Assembly (NCBI GenBank): GCA_963695385.1
Contig: OY968780.1
Span: 163,645 to 227,644, forward strand
Reading direction: 5' to 3'
From: an uncultured Coriobacteriia bacterium
GTDB taxonomy: Bacteria > Actinomycetota > Coriobacteriia > Anaerosomatales > PALSA-660
DNA: 64,000 bases
In this document: positions 38,273 through 48,243 of the stretch, piece by piece
How the letters are laid out: the number at the start of each line of letters is the position of its first letter
Numbering within the stretch: position 1 is the stretch's first letter
The notes under the pieces: generated by a model
Database searches by the model: none
What the model saw: only the letters and a program-made list of their open reading frames with translations
What the model was told of the DNA's origin: nothing
Position numbers and translations under genes: made by a program

Positions 38273-39145
38273 ATGCCCATCGCCGATTGGTTCCGCGCCC
38301 GCGAGGCGCGCCGATACGTTCAGCCGACATCCACGCCCGACGCGTCCGACGTGCCCGATGGCGTCTGGGCGAAGTGCGGAGGATGCGGCAGGATCGTGTA
38401 CCAGGGCGAGTTCGAGAAGAACCTCGCAGTGTGCCCGCACTGCGGCCATCACGATGACATCACCGCGACGGAGCGCATATCCACGCTGGCTGACGAGGGC
38501 TCCTTCAGGGAGATGGACGCCAGCGTCGGGTCCGCCGATCCTCTCGTATTCACGTCCGGCAAGAAGTACCTGGACGCGTTGGCGGCCGCCGAGGAGGAGA
38601 CCGGCATCAAAGAGGCCGTGGTCACCGGCCAGGCCACCATCGAGGGGCGCGACGTGATCATCGGCGCCATGGATTTCCGTTTCGTGGGGGGATCGATGGG
38701 TTCGGCCGTGGGAGAGAAGCTGGTTCGCGCATTCGAACTCTCTCGCGAGCAGCGCAAGCCGCTCGTGCTCGCGATAGCCTCGGGCGGCGCGCGCATGCAG
38801 GAGAGCACGCTGTCCCTCATGCAGATGGCCAAGACCGCGACCGCGGCGGCCAGGCATCGCGACGCTCGCGTCCCCTATGTCGCATTGCTGACGAACCCCA
38901 CAATGGGCGGAGTGACCGCCTCATTCGCGACCCTGGCCGACGTCATCTTCGCGGAGCCCGGCGCGCGAGTCGGCTTCGCGGGTCCGCGCCTGGTCGAGCA
39001 GACGATCCGGCAGTCCCTTCCCAAAGGATTCCAGTCCGCCGAGTCCCTGCTCGTGCACGGGATGGTGGACGACGTGGTCGACCGGCGCGAGCTCCGCGAG
39101 CGGGTGTCGCTGATCCTCGACTACCTGGCGCCGGGCGGTGACTGA
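38273..39145 (+). CDS. accD: acetyl-CoA carboxylase carboxyltransferase beta subunit
   Basis: N-terminal Zn-ribbon CGGCGRIVYQGEFEKNLAVCPHCGHH, then carboxyltransferase motifs (GGSMGS, GGARMQES). Confidence 0.85.
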   Translation: MPIADWFRAREARRYVQPTSTPDASDVPDGVWAKCGGCGRIVYQGEFEKNLAVCPHCGHHDDITATERISTLADEGSFREMDASVGSADPLVFTSGKKYLDALAAAEEETGIKEAVVTGQATIEGRDVIIGAMDFRFVGGSMGSAVGEKLVRAFELSREQRKPLVLAIASGGARMQESTLSLMQMAKTATAAARHRDARVPYVALLTNPTMGGVTASFATLADVIFAEPGARVGFAGPRLVEQTIRQSLPKGFQSAESLLVHGMVDDVVDRRELRERVSLILDYLAPGGD

Positions 39146-39164
39146 GGTGGCGCGCAGGTTCGTG

Positions 39165-40115
39165 ATGGAGTTCGAGCGGCCACTCGCCGAACTCGAGGAC
39201 AAGCTCGCCCTCCTCAAGCGCCTGGACGTGTCCGGGCAGCCGGAGTTGCTCGCCGAGATCGCCGCGCTGGAGTCGGAGATCTCGGCGCTTCACGACACCC
39301 TGTACTCGTCGCTGTCGGCTTGGGAGAAGGTTCAGGTCGCCAGGCACCCGGACCGGCCCAAGACGCAGGACTACCTAGAAGAGGTCTTCACGGATGTCGT
39401 GGAGTTCCATGGCGACCGCTTCTTCGGCGATGATGAGGCGATGTTCGCGGGGCTCGCCAGGATCGGCGGACGGCGGGTCGCGGTGCTCGGGCACCGCAAA
39501 GGCAAGAACACCAAGGAGAACATCGCGCGCAACTTCGGTTCGGCGCATCCCGAGGGCTTCCGCAAGGCGATGCGGGTAATGAGGATCGCGGACAGGTTCT
39601 CGCTGCCGATCGTCAGCCTGTTGGACACGGCCGGAGCCTACCCTGGTATCGAGGCCGAGGAGCGCGGGCAGTCCTGGGCGATCGCTGAATGCCTCGCGAC
39701 GCTCGGGGAGGTCGCCGTGCCGGTGGTGGTGGTCGGGATCGGCGAGGGCGGGTCCGGCGGCGCCTTGGCGATCGGATTCGGGGATCGTCTGATCATGCTC
39801 GAGAACTCCTACTACTCGGTGATCAGCCCCGAGATGTGCGCCTCGATACTCCACAAGGACTCGACCAGGGCGGCGGAGACGGCTTCCAGCCTGCATCTCA
39901 CCGCCGCCGATCTGGTCTCTCTCGGAATCGCGGATGAGATCGTTCCCGAGCCTCTGGGCGGAGCCCACCGCGATCCGGCGCCGGTGTACCGCGCCGTGAG
40001 CGGGGCTGTCGGCCGTGCGCTCGACGAGCTTGCGGGTGTCCCGGTCGATGAACTGGTCTCGCGGCGCTTCGAGCGGCTGCGCGGCATAGGGGTGTACACG
40101 GAGGAGGGTGTGTGA
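39165..40115 (+). CDS. accA: acetyl-CoA carboxylase carboxyltransferase alpha subunit
   Basis: MEFERPLAELEDKLALLKRL ... canonical AccA N-terminus, then GGSGGALAIG. An alternative upstream GTG at 39138 overlaps the accD stop. Confidence 0.85.
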   Translation: MEFERPLAELEDKLALLKRLDVSGQPELLAEIAALESEISALHDTLYSSLSAWEKVQVARHPDRPKTQDYLEEVFTDVVEFHGDRFFGDDEAMFAGLARIGGRRVAVLGHRKGKNTKENIARNFGSAHPEGFRKAMRVMRIADRFSLPIVSLLDTAGAYPGIEAEERGQSWAIAECLATLGEVAVPVVVVGIGEGGSGGALAIGFGDRLIMLENSYYSVISPEMCASILHKDSTRAAETASSLHLTAADLVSLGIADEIVPEPLGGAHRDPAPVYRAVSGAVGRALDELAGVPVDELVSRRFERLRGIGVYTEEGV

Positions 40116-41356
40116 TGGGCGCTGAGAGAGAGATAAGACGGGTCGGCATCCTGTTCTCCGGAGGGCCGGCGCCGGCGGCCAACGCGGTCATCTCGGCGGC
40201 GACGATGAGCTTCGTATGCGCGGGCGTCGAGGTGGTCGGGTTCCTGAACGGCTACGAGGCGCTCGAGCGGTACTCACCGGATACCCCGCTCATAGAGAAT
40301 GAGAACTTCCTCCGCCTCAGCCGTGACGACGTGTCGGGCATCCGCAACCGCAAGGACATCATCCTTCGGACCTCGCGGTCGAACCCGGGGAAGTCCATCA
40401 AGTCGCTTGAGGACCTGAAGGACCCGGAGAAGAACGCCAAGTTGAAGGCGGTCTTCGCCGCGTTCGAATCGCTGGAGATCGACGGACTGGTGTCGATCGG
40501 CGGCGACGACACGCTCAAGACGGCAAACTACGTTCACAAGATACAGTCGGCGGTCGACGGTCTGCGGCCGGTGTCGGTCATCCACCTGCCCAAGACGATC
40601 GACAACGACTACTTCGGCATCGACTGGACCTTCGGGTTCGAGTCGGCGGCCAACTTCGCGGCGCAGGTGATCATCAACATCGGGGCGGACTCCAAGTCGA
40701 CGAGCACGTGGTACGTCCTCGAGGTGATGGGCCGCAAGGCCGGTTGGCTCACTTACGCGGCCGGAATGGCCGGCGAGGCCACGAAGATGATCAGCGTGGA
40801 GGATGTCGAGGGGATCTGGGACCTCGATGCCGCGGCCGAGCAGCTGGTGGATCTCATGATCGCGCGAGCGGCCGATCGCCGGGACTACGGCGTGGTCGCC
40901 GTGGCCGAAGGTCTGGCCGACAAGCTCTCGGACGACCAGCGTCCCAAGGAGGTCGACTCGCACGGCAACACGTGCCTCGGGACGGTCAAGATCGGCGAGC
41001 ACCTCGCCCGAGCTATGGAGAGCGCATACCTGAAGCGGACGGGCTCGAAGATCACGGTGCGGAGCAAGCAGATCGGCTACGAGACCCGCTGCACTCCGCC
41101 GGTCGGCTTCGACGTCCTGCTCGGCAGCCAGCTGGGTGTCGGGGCGTGCCGGGCCATGATCGACCGCGGGCTCACCGGCCACATGGTCTCGGTCAAGGAC
41201 CAGCTGCAACTCGTATACGTGCCCTTCGAGGATCTCATCGATCCGACGACGCTTCTCACGAAGGTACGCTTCATCGAGCGCGACTCGGACTTCTACAGGC
41301 TGGCGCGGGCGCTCGAGTACAGGCAGCTGCCGGTCCCTGGCGCGTGCCCGGACTGA
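40115..41356 (+). CDS. pfk: 6-phosphofructokinase (PFK-A family; ATP- or PPi-dependent)
   Basis: GILFSGGPAPAANAVI ... SIGGDDTL ... MGRKAGWL. ATG 40115 overlaps the accA stop (TGATG) and follows an RBS GGAGGAGGG. Confidence 0.85.
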   Translation: MGAEREIRRVGILFSGGPAPAANAVISAATMSFVCAGVEVVGFLNGYEALERYSPDTPLIENENFLRLSRDDVSGIRNRKDIILRTSRSNPGKSIKSLEDLKDPEKNAKLKAVFAAFESLEIDGLVSIGGDDTLKTANYVHKIQSAVDGLRPVSVIHLPKTIDNDYFGIDWTFGFESAANFAAQVIINIGADSKSTSTWYVLEVMGRKAGWLTYAAGMAGEATKMISVEDVEGIWDLDAAAEQLVDLMIARAADRRDYGVVAVAEGLADKLSDDQRPKEVDSHGNTCLGTVKIGEHLARAMESAYLKRTGSKITVRSKQIGYETRCTPPVGFDVLLGSQLGVGACRAMIDRGLTGHMVSVKDQLQLVYVPFEDLIDPTTLLTKVRFIERDSDFYRLARALEYRQLPVPGACPD

Positions 41357-41507
41357 GCGGTACCGCAAGTCACCCCACGCGGGCCGACGCGGGACCGGAT
41401 CGGTCGCGCGTCGCATATCGATGCAGACGGGTGCGGATGGGTCCGACGTGCTGGCACGCAGCTTGCCTCTATGGGGTGCAACCGCGATCGACTGTAGGGC
41501 GAGGAAC

Positions 41508-42098
41508 ATGAAGCTGAAGGAACTACTCTCCGACAAGAGCACTCGATGGACGGTGGCCGCGCTGATCGTCGTGATCGCGTTCCTCTCGTCCTTCACGTAT
41601 GCGCTGGCCTTCGCGCCCGGCGGCCCCGCGGGAGGCGGGAACGCCCCCACCGTGGCCTCGGCCGCTGTTACCGCGGCGGCTCCCGTGGCGCCCGGCGGCT
41701 GCTGCGGCTCGAGTACATCCGCGGCGGTTCCCAGAGCCCCCGCGCCCGGTAGCGGTCAAGCCCCCGCGGCGGGTGGAGGTTGCTGCGGCTCGGGCGCGCC
41801 CGCCGGTCCGGCCACCGCCAAGGCGGCCAAGGTGGTCGGCGGCACCCAGAGGATCGCGGTGGATCTCTCCAAGGGCTACTACGAGCCCACCCAGGTGACG
41901 CTCAAGGCCGGCGTGCCGGCCGAGATCACATTCGGGCAGGGGAGCGGCTGCCTGGCGCAAGTGCAGTCCGCCGATCTGCGATTCTTCGAGGACCTTACTT
42001 CTGGTCCAAGGACCGTCATGATCGCGTCGCCCAAGCCTGGAACGTACGCGTTCTACTGCGGCATGGAGATGGCGTTCGGAAGCATCGTCGTCCGCTAG
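41508..42098 (+). CDS. membrane-anchored cupredoxin-like domain protein, putative copper/metal-binding
   Basis: N-terminal TM helix and a Pro/Ala/Gly-rich linker containing two GGCCGS motifs. The C-terminal domain of about 90 aa ends GTYAFYCGMEMAFGSIVVR, a Cys/Met ligand pattern reminiscent of small blue-copper-like folds. Confidence 0.5.
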   Translation: MKLKELLSDKSTRWTVAALIVVIAFLSSFTYALAFAPGGPAGGGNAPTVASAAVTAAAPVAPGGCCGSSTSAAVPRAPAPGSGQAPAAGGGCCGSGAPAGPATAKAAKVVGGTQRIAVDLSKGYYEPTQVTLKAGVPAEITFGQGSGCLAQVQSADLRFFEDLTSGPRTVMIASPKPGTYAFYCGMEMAFGSIVVR

Positions 42099-42105
42099 GA
42101 CTCGC

Positions 42106-42723
42106 CTAGGATCCCCTGACCACGAACACCGCCGAGTCGGCCAGCAGGTTGGGCAGCACGCCGACCTCTCTCCCGGGCCGGCCGTCCGAGCCGCCGACCA
42201 GCGGTATCTCGCGTTCGATCACCGCTCCGTTCCGATCGCACAGGTCGCGGAAGTCGCGCAGGGTCGTGTGGTGGATGTTCGGGGTCTCGTACCACGCGTA
42301 GGGTATGGCCGCAGAAACCGGCATGCGTCCGCGGATCGCGAGATGGGCGCGATTGCGCCAGTAGGCGAAGTTCGGGAATGACACCACACCCCGCGCGCCG
42401 ACCCGAAGCATCTCGGAGACGACGAACGCGGGCCGGCGCACGACCTGGAGCGTCTGAGACAGGATGACGACGTCGAACGAGGAATCGCGGAAGTCGGACA
42501 GGCCGTCGTCGAGGTCCGCCTGAACCACCGAGAGCCCGCGCTCCACGCATCCTCCGATCTTGCCGAGGTCGATCTCGACGCCGCGCACGAACGCGCCGTG
42601 CTCGTCGCGCAGGCGCGCGAGCAGTGCGCCGTCGCCGCAGCCCAGGTCGAGCACGCGAGCACCGGCGGGCACTATGTCGGCGATCAGCGCCTGATCGGCC
42701 CTCAGGAACTCGGCGGTCGTCAC
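42106..42723 (-). CDS. metW: methionine biosynthesis protein MetW
   Basis: SAM-MTase-like fold. VLDLGCGDGALLARL... is typical of MetW encoded downstream of metX. Confidence 0.85.
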   Translation of the reverse strand: MTTAEFLRADQALIADIVPAGARVLDLGCGDGALLARLRDEHGAFVRGVEIDLGKIGGCVERGLSVVQADLDDGLSDFRDSSFDVVILSQTLQVVRRPAFVVSEMLRVGARGVVSFPNFAYWRNRAHLAIRGRMPVSAAIPYAWYETPNIHHTTLRDFRDLCDRNGAVIEREIPLVGGSDGRPGREVGVLPNLLADSAVFVVRGS

Positions 42724-42724
42724 C

Positions 42725-43894
42725 TCAGTCCGCCTCCTCGGCCAAGCGCGTCAAGAACGGCGCGATCAATCGGTGTTGCGCCTCGGGCTCGAGCAGGAAT
42801 GCGTCGTGCCCGTACGGGCTGGGGATCTCCGCGTACGCCACTTCGGCGTCCACTTGCTGGAGCGCGGTCACGAGCTCGAGTGAGTTGGCCGTGGGAAAGA
42901 GCCAGTCGCTGGAGAACGACAGCACCAGGAACCTGGCGGGAACGCCTCGAAGCGCGTCAGCCAGCGTCGGGGATTCCCCGCGAAGGTCGAAGTAGTCCAT
43001 CGACTTGGTCATGTAGAGGTACGTGTTGGCGTCGAAGCGCTCCACGAAGCGGCGCCCCTGGTGCTGCAGGTATGTCTCCACCTCGAACTCGTGGACGAAG
43101 TCGAACGCATAGTCCACTCCGTCCCGCAGGCGCCGCCCGAACTTCTCGCGCATGGACGCATCGGAGAGATAGGTGATGTGCCCGATCATGCGCGCGATGG
43201 CGAGGCCCGAGTCCGGCTGGCGCTCCCGGTCGTAGTAGTCGCCGTCCCCGAAGTCCGGGTCCTCCAGGATGGCCTGGCGGCCGACGGCGTTGAACGCGAT
43301 GGCCTGCGCACCGAGGCGCGGGGTCGTCGCGTCGGCGATGACGCTGCGCACCCTGTCCGGGAAGCGCTTGGGCCAGGCGAGCGCCTGCATGCCGCCCATC
43401 GAGCCGCCCACCACTGTGATGAGCCGGCTGACGCCGAGAGCATCCAGCAGTCTCGCCTGCACGTCTACCATGTCCTCGATCGTCACGAGGGGGAAGCGCA
43501 GCCCGTACGGCCGACCGGTCTCCGGATCGATGGACGAGGGACCGGTGGTTCCGCTGCAGCCGCCGAGCACGTTGCTGCAGATCACGAAGAAGCGGTCCGT
43601 GTCGATGGCCTTTCCCGGTCCCACCATCACGTCCCACCAGCCGCCCCGGCCCGCCTCGTCCCCGGACCGCGACCCCGCGACGTGAGAGTCTCCGGACAGG
43701 GCGTGGCAGATCAGGACGGCGTTGGAGCCGTCCTGATCCAGCCTCCCGAACGTCTCGTAGGCGACGTCCACGTGCCGAAGCACGCGTCCGCTCGCCAGAG
43801 TGACGGGACCGTCGAGCGCGAGCGTCTTCGATTCAGAGACGCCCGCGCTCGCGGTCTCGTCCCACGGACGACGGTTGGTGTCCTCCGCGCTCAC
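42725..43894 (-). CDS. metX: homoserine O-acetyltransferase
   Basis: Alpha/beta hydrolase with GGSMGGMQA around the catalytic Ser. N-terminal FETFG-like region. Confidence 0.9.
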   Translation of the reverse strand: MSAEDTNRRPWDETASAGVSESKTLALDGPVTLASGRVLRHVDVAYETFGRLDQDGSNAVLICHALSGDSHVAGSRSGDEAGRGGWWDVMVGPGKAIDTDRFFVICSNVLGGCSGTTGPSSIDPETGRPYGLRFPLVTIEDMVDVQARLLDALGVSRLITVVGGSMGGMQALAWPKRFPDRVRSVIADATTPRLGAQAIAFNAVGRQAILEDPDFGDGDYYDRERQPDSGLAIARMIGHITYLSDASMREKFGRRLRDGVDYAFDFVHEFEVETYLQHQGRRFVERFDANTYLYMTKSMDYFDLRGESPTLADALRGVPARFLVLSFSSDWLFPTANSLELVTALQQVDAEVAYAEIPSPYGHDAFLLEPEAQHRLIAPFLTRLAEEAD

Positions 43895-43900
43895 GGTCGC

Positions 43901-45202
43901 CTATGCCCCCGCCAGCGCCTGGTCGAGGTCGGCGATGATGTCGTCGATGTTCTCGATGCCCACGGACAGGCGCACGAAGTCGGGGCCGATGCCCGCCGTC
44001 ACGAGTTCGTCCTCGCTCAACTGCGAGTGGGTGGTCGTGGCCGGGTGGATGATCAGCGACTTGGCGTCGCCGACGTTGGCCAGGTGGCTGAACAGCTCCA
44101 CGCTCTCGATCAGCTTGCGGCCAGCCTCGGCGCCGCCCTTCACGCCGAAGACCACGACCCCGCCGTAGCCGTTCTGAAGGTACTTGTCCGCGTTCGCCTT
44201 GGTGGGGTGGTCGTCCAGGCCGGGGTAGGTCACCCAAGCGACCTTGGGGTGTTCGCGCAGCCACTTGGCGACGGCCAGGGCGTTGTCGCAGTGACGCTGG
44301 ACGCGCAGGGACAGCGTCTCGACGCCCAGCAGGATCTGCTGCGCGTTGAACGGCGAGAGTTGGGCGCCCAGGTCCCTTTGCAGCAGCACGCGCGCCCTGA
44401 TGGCGAAGGCGACGTTGCCGAGCCCCGGAAAGTCGCCGAACACGTCCCAGAACTTCAGCCCGTGGTAGCTCGGGTCGGGCTCGGTGAAGTACGAGAAGCG
44501 CCCGTTGCCCCAGTCGAAGTTGCCGCCGTCGATGATGGCGCCGCCCAGGGAGGTCCCGTGCCCGCCGATCCACTTCGTGAGAGATTCGATCACCACCGCC
44601 GTACCGTGTTCGATCGGACGGCACAGATAGGGGGTCGCGAAGGTGTTGTCGACGAACAGCGGCACGCCGAGCGCGCGGCCCGCGTCGGAGAGCCCCGCGA
44701 GATCAGGGACGTCCAGCCGCGGGTTGCCGATCGTCTCGACGAACCAGGCTCTCGTCGTGTCGTCGGTCGCGGCCGCGAAGCCGTCGATGTCGGTGGTCTC
44801 CACGAAGCGCACGGTGATGCCGAGGCGTCTGAACGTGTGCAGGAAGATGTTCCATGTCCCTCCGTAGAGGGAGGTGGAAGCGACGATGGAGTCTCCCGAG
44901 CCGGCGACGTTGAACAGCGAGGTGTTCTCAGCGCCGTGTCCGGACGCGGTTACCAGGGCCGCGGAGCCGCCGTGCAGAGCAGCGAGACGCTGCTCGAGCA
45001 CGTCGTTCGTGGGGTTCATCAGACGGGTGTAGATGTTGCCGAACTCGCGCAACCCGAACAGATTCGCCGCGTAGTCGGTCGACTTGAAGTTGTAGGCGAC
45101 CGTCTGGTAGATGGGCACGGCGCGCGAGCCGGTGGTGGGATCGGCGGCGGCGCCTGCGTGCACGGATAGGGTGTCGAAGCCGGGGCGGGTAGAGTCACTC
45201 AT
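43901..45202 (-). CDS. metY: O-acetylhomoserine aminocarboxypropyltransferase (sulfhydrylase)
   Basis: Cys/Met-metabolism PLP enzyme (SLTKWIGGHGTSLGG, PLP-lysine context). ATG 45202 with a CAGGAGG RBS. Confidence 0.9.
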   Translation of the reverse strand: MSDSTRPGFDTLSVHAGAAADPTTGSRAVPIYQTVAYNFKSTDYAANLFGLREFGNIYTRLMNPTNDVLEQRLAALHGGSAALVTASGHGAENTSLFNVAGSGDSIVASTSLYGGTWNIFLHTFRRLGITVRFVETTDIDGFAAATDDTTRAWFVETIGNPRLDVPDLAGLSDAGRALGVPLFVDNTFATPYLCRPIEHGTAVVIESLTKWIGGHGTSLGGAIIDGGNFDWGNGRFSYFTEPDPSYHGLKFWDVFGDFPGLGNVAFAIRARVLLQRDLGAQLSPFNAQQILLGVETLSLRVQRHCDNALAVAKWLREHPKVAWVTYPGLDDHPTKANADKYLQNGYGGVVVFGVKGGAEAGRKLIESVELFSHLANVGDAKSLIIHPATTTHSQLSEDELVTAGIGPDFVRLSVGIENIDDIIADLDQALAGA

Positions 45203-45662
45203 CTTCGGTACCTCCTGATCGCGTTCGTGAAAGGCGAGGGCTGATGTGGCCGCTGTCCGCTGCTAGCGGGCGGCGCGACCGCTGATGAGCCCGGTTCCAG
45301 CGCAGCAGCGCAAGGACCCGGGCCGGGTCATCATCATGTCCATCACCATCACGAGCACTGTCAGGTGTTCCATGAGGTCTCTATCGCACCTCCTTTGCTT
45401 CTCCATCCAGGCCCCGAAGGGGCGTGCCGACATCGACGGGGCAGGTGCGCGCCCCGTTGCCGAGGTACTATATCACCGTCGTCGCCAAGGACAAAGCACC
45501 TTTGCGATGCGGAAGTGCGTGGCGTGGGCGCGCGGGGAGAGCCACACGATCTTGCATGGAGGCACGTCTTGGACGCATGAAATCGTCACACGGTCGTGCC
45601 CGCACGTGGTATACATCAGGAATCGTGTCCACGGTCGGACGAACGAGAGAGGTTGGTGGGGA

Positions 45663-46853
45663 ATGCGTAAGACCTCGGTTTGGACGACGCTTGCGGCGGT
45701 TGCGGTCTTTGCTGTCGCGGCGGTCTTTGCCGGCGGATGTGCGCCGACATCGACGACAGGGGGCGGGACCGCAGGCTCGACGGCCAAGACGCTCAAGGTG
45801 GGCGTCATGACGTCGTTGACCGGCGCCGGTCTTGCTGACTACGGCTTCGCCGCACAGGAGGGCATCAAGCTGGCCGCCAAGGACTTCGACAACTTCAAGG
45901 TCGGCAACGACACCTACAAGATCGAGTTGGTCATCAAGGACGACAAAGGCGAGCCCGCGCAGGCGCCGATCGTCGCGCAGTCGCTCGTCGACGACAAGGT
46001 CGACGTGGTCATCGGCGCCCTGACGTCGGGCAACACGAACGCCGCAGGGCCGATCTTCAATCAGGCCAACATCGTCGAGATCTCCGGTTCCGCCACGCGG
46101 GCGGACCTTGTGACCAAGGGGTGGATGAACTTCTTCCGCACCTGCGTCGGCGACAACTTCCAAGGCGCCGAGCTCGCCAAGTGGATCACGGAGCTCAAGT
46201 TCAACAAGGTCGTGCTGTTCGATGACAGCGGCGACTACTCCGTCGGTCTGGCCGACGCGATCGTGCCGGGACTCACCGCTGGTCAGGCGACCCTGCGACA
46301 GCACGCCAAGGAAGGCGACACGGACTTCTCGGCCCAGATAGCCAACATCAAGAAGTTCGGGGCCGACGTGGTCGTCTACACCGGCTACCACAAGGAATGC
46401 GGCCTGCTGCGCAAGCAGATGGTCGAGGCCGGCCTGGGCAAGGTTCAGATGATGGGCGGCGACGGCATCAAGTCCGACGAGATCGTCGGCGAAGCCGGCG
46501 GTGCCGCGAACGCGAAGGGCATGCTGTGCACCTTCGGCGGCGTCGAGGACTCGCAGAAGCCGGGCTTCGCCTCATTCAAGGAGAAGTACAAGGCTGCCAC
46601 CGGCAAGGATCCCGGTCCTTACGCGGACACCAACTACGACGCCGTCGGCGCCTACATCGCCGCGGTCAAGAAGGCAGGCACGACGGATGCCGCGGCCGTC
46701 GAGGCGGCCATGCAGCAGATCGAGTATTCGGGCGTCATCGGTACGTTCGGCTTCAACGACAAGGGCGAGGTCGTCATGAAGGGCGCGTCGTCGAGCGTCC
46801 AGACGATCTGGCGCTTCAAGTGTGACGGCAAGACCTGGGTGCCCACGAAGTAG
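45663..46853 (+). CDS. branched-chain amino acid ABC transporter substrate-binding lipoprotein (LivJ/LivK-like)
   Basis: Lipobox signal (AVFAGGCAP). Periplasmic-binding-protein type I fold motifs. RBS GAGAGAGG. Confidence 0.8.
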   Translation: MRKTSVWTTLAAVAVFAVAAVFAGGCAPTSTTGGGTAGSTAKTLKVGVMTSLTGAGLADYGFAAQEGIKLAAKDFDNFKVGNDTYKIELVIKDDKGEPAQAPIVAQSLVDDKVDVVIGALTSGNTNAAGPIFNQANIVEISGSATRADLVTKGWMNFFRTCVGDNFQGAELAKWITELKFNKVVLFDDSGDYSVGLADAIVPGLTAGQATLRQHAKEGDTDFSAQIANIKKFGADVVVYTGYHKECGLLRKQMVEAGLGKVQMMGGDGIKSDEIVGEAGGAANAKGMLCTFGGVEDSQKPGFASFKEKYKAATGKDPGPYADTNYDAVGAYIAAVKKAGTTDAAAVEAAMQQIEYSGVIGTFGFNDKGEVVMKGASSSVQTIWRFKCDGKTWVPTK

Positions 46854-47025
46854 TCACCTGGGCTCCGGTCGCCCGTTGCGGGCGTCAGTCAGGGAAGGCG
46901 CGGGGCGAAGATATTGGCCCCGCGCCTTCCCATGCCCAGCGGGTATCCTGTTCACTGACGGCAGTCGGCGGGTCTCGGCGTCGTCGGCGGACGTCGCGGG
47001 TGAAGGAAGTCCTCGGGAGGGCTCT

Positions 47026-48240
47026 TTGACGCTTTCGCTCCTGGTCTACCTGGCGGTGTCCGGCCTGACGGTCGGAATGATCTACGCGCTCATCGCCTTG
47101 GGCTACACGATGGTCTACGGCGTCCTCGAGTTCATCAACTTCGCCCACGGCGAGGTGTTCACCGTGGGCGGCTACATCGTCGTCCTCGTGCTCATCCGGT
47201 CCGGTGTGGAGCCGGGGGCGCCGCTCGGCCTCCGGCTGTTGTGGATGTCCGCAGCGCTGGCCGTGGCGGTCCCGGCGACCGCGGGTCTGGGGCTGTTCAT
47301 CGAGCGCGTCGCCTATCGGCCTCTCCGCGGCGCCTCGCGGATCATCCCGCTGCTGTCGGCCATCGGGGTGTCGATCATCATCCAGAACCTGATCATCCTC
47401 ATCAACGGACCCGAGGCGATCAGCATCCCGTCGCTGGTCCCGGGGTTCATCACACTGGCGGGCTCGCGCATCCGCGTGATCGCGCTCGTGATCATCGCGG
47501 TGTCTCTCGTGCTCATGGGACTGCTCACCTGGCTCATCCGGGCGACCCGGATCGGCAAGGCCATGCGTGCCACATCGCAGGATCGCGAGGCGGCCGAGAT
47601 GATGGGGATCGACACGAACCGTACCATCGCGTTCACGTTCGCGGTGGGCTCGGCGCTGGCAGCGGTAGGTGGCTTCTTCGTCGTGCTCTACTACGGGACC
47701 CTCAAGTACGACACCGGGTTCCTGTACGGCATGAAGGCGTTCACTGCCGCGGTGCTTGGGGGGATCGGCAACATCCCCGGCGCGGTGATCGGCGCACTCG
47801 CACTCGGACTGGCCGAGGTCTTCGGCGTCGGGTCGCCTCTGGGCGTGCTCGCCTGGTTCTTCGCCGCCGGGCTGGTCCTCGGGCTCTACGTGCAGTACGT
47901 GCGAGCACCGCGGGCACGGCTCGCGCATCTGCATGCCGGGCAGCGGACCCCGGAATACGAACGCCAGCTCAAGCTGCTCTACAGGGCCACGCCGCTCTAC
48001 GCAGTCAAGCGCGTGTTCTCCAAGCGCACCGACGCGTTGCTCGATCTGTCGGCGAAGCACGCATTGCGGCTCTTGGGCGGCAACCTGTTCCTTCTGGTCA
48101 TCCTAATGGGGTGCGTGCTGAACCCCGAAGTCACGATCGACACCAACTGGCAGAACGTCATAGCTTTCGCCGTCCTGATCGTGATCCTGCTCTTCCGTCC
48201 GGCCGGGATCCTCGGCGAACACCTACCGGAGAAGGTGTAG
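47026..48240 (+). CDS. livH: branched-chain amino acid ABC transporter permease
   Basis: LVYLAVSGLTVGMIYALIALGYTMVYGVLEFINFAHGE is the canonical LivH N-terminus. TTG 47026 follows GGGAGGG. It carries an extra hydrophilic insertion near the C-terminus. Confidence 0.8.
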   Translation: MTLSLLVYLAVSGLTVGMIYALIALGYTMVYGVLEFINFAHGEVFTVGGYIVVLVLIRSGVEPGAPLGLRLLWMSAALAVAVPATAGLGLFIERVAYRPLRGASRIIPLLSAIGVSIIIQNLIILINGPEAISIPSLVPGFITLAGSRIRVIALVIIAVSLVLMGLLTWLIRATRIGKAMRATSQDREAAEMMGIDTNRTIAFTFAVGSALAAVGGFFVVLYYGTLKYDTGFLYGMKAFTAAVLGGIGNIPGAVIGALALGLAEVFGVGSPLGVLAWFFAAGLVLGLYVQYVRAPRARLAHLHAGQRTPEYERQLKLLYRATPLYAVKRVFSKRTDALLDLSAKHALRLLGGNLFLLVILMGCVLNPEVTIDTNWQNVIAFAVLIVILLFRPAGILGEHLPEKV

Positions 48241-48243
48241 CGC

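Noticed and set aside
45203-45400. SAM-IV riboswitch call for the metY leader
   Set aside because: The conserved GGCAACCCUCC and GGUGCCCCGGGUGA blocks of SAM-IV could not be found. I kept it only as an unclassified structured leader (see findings).
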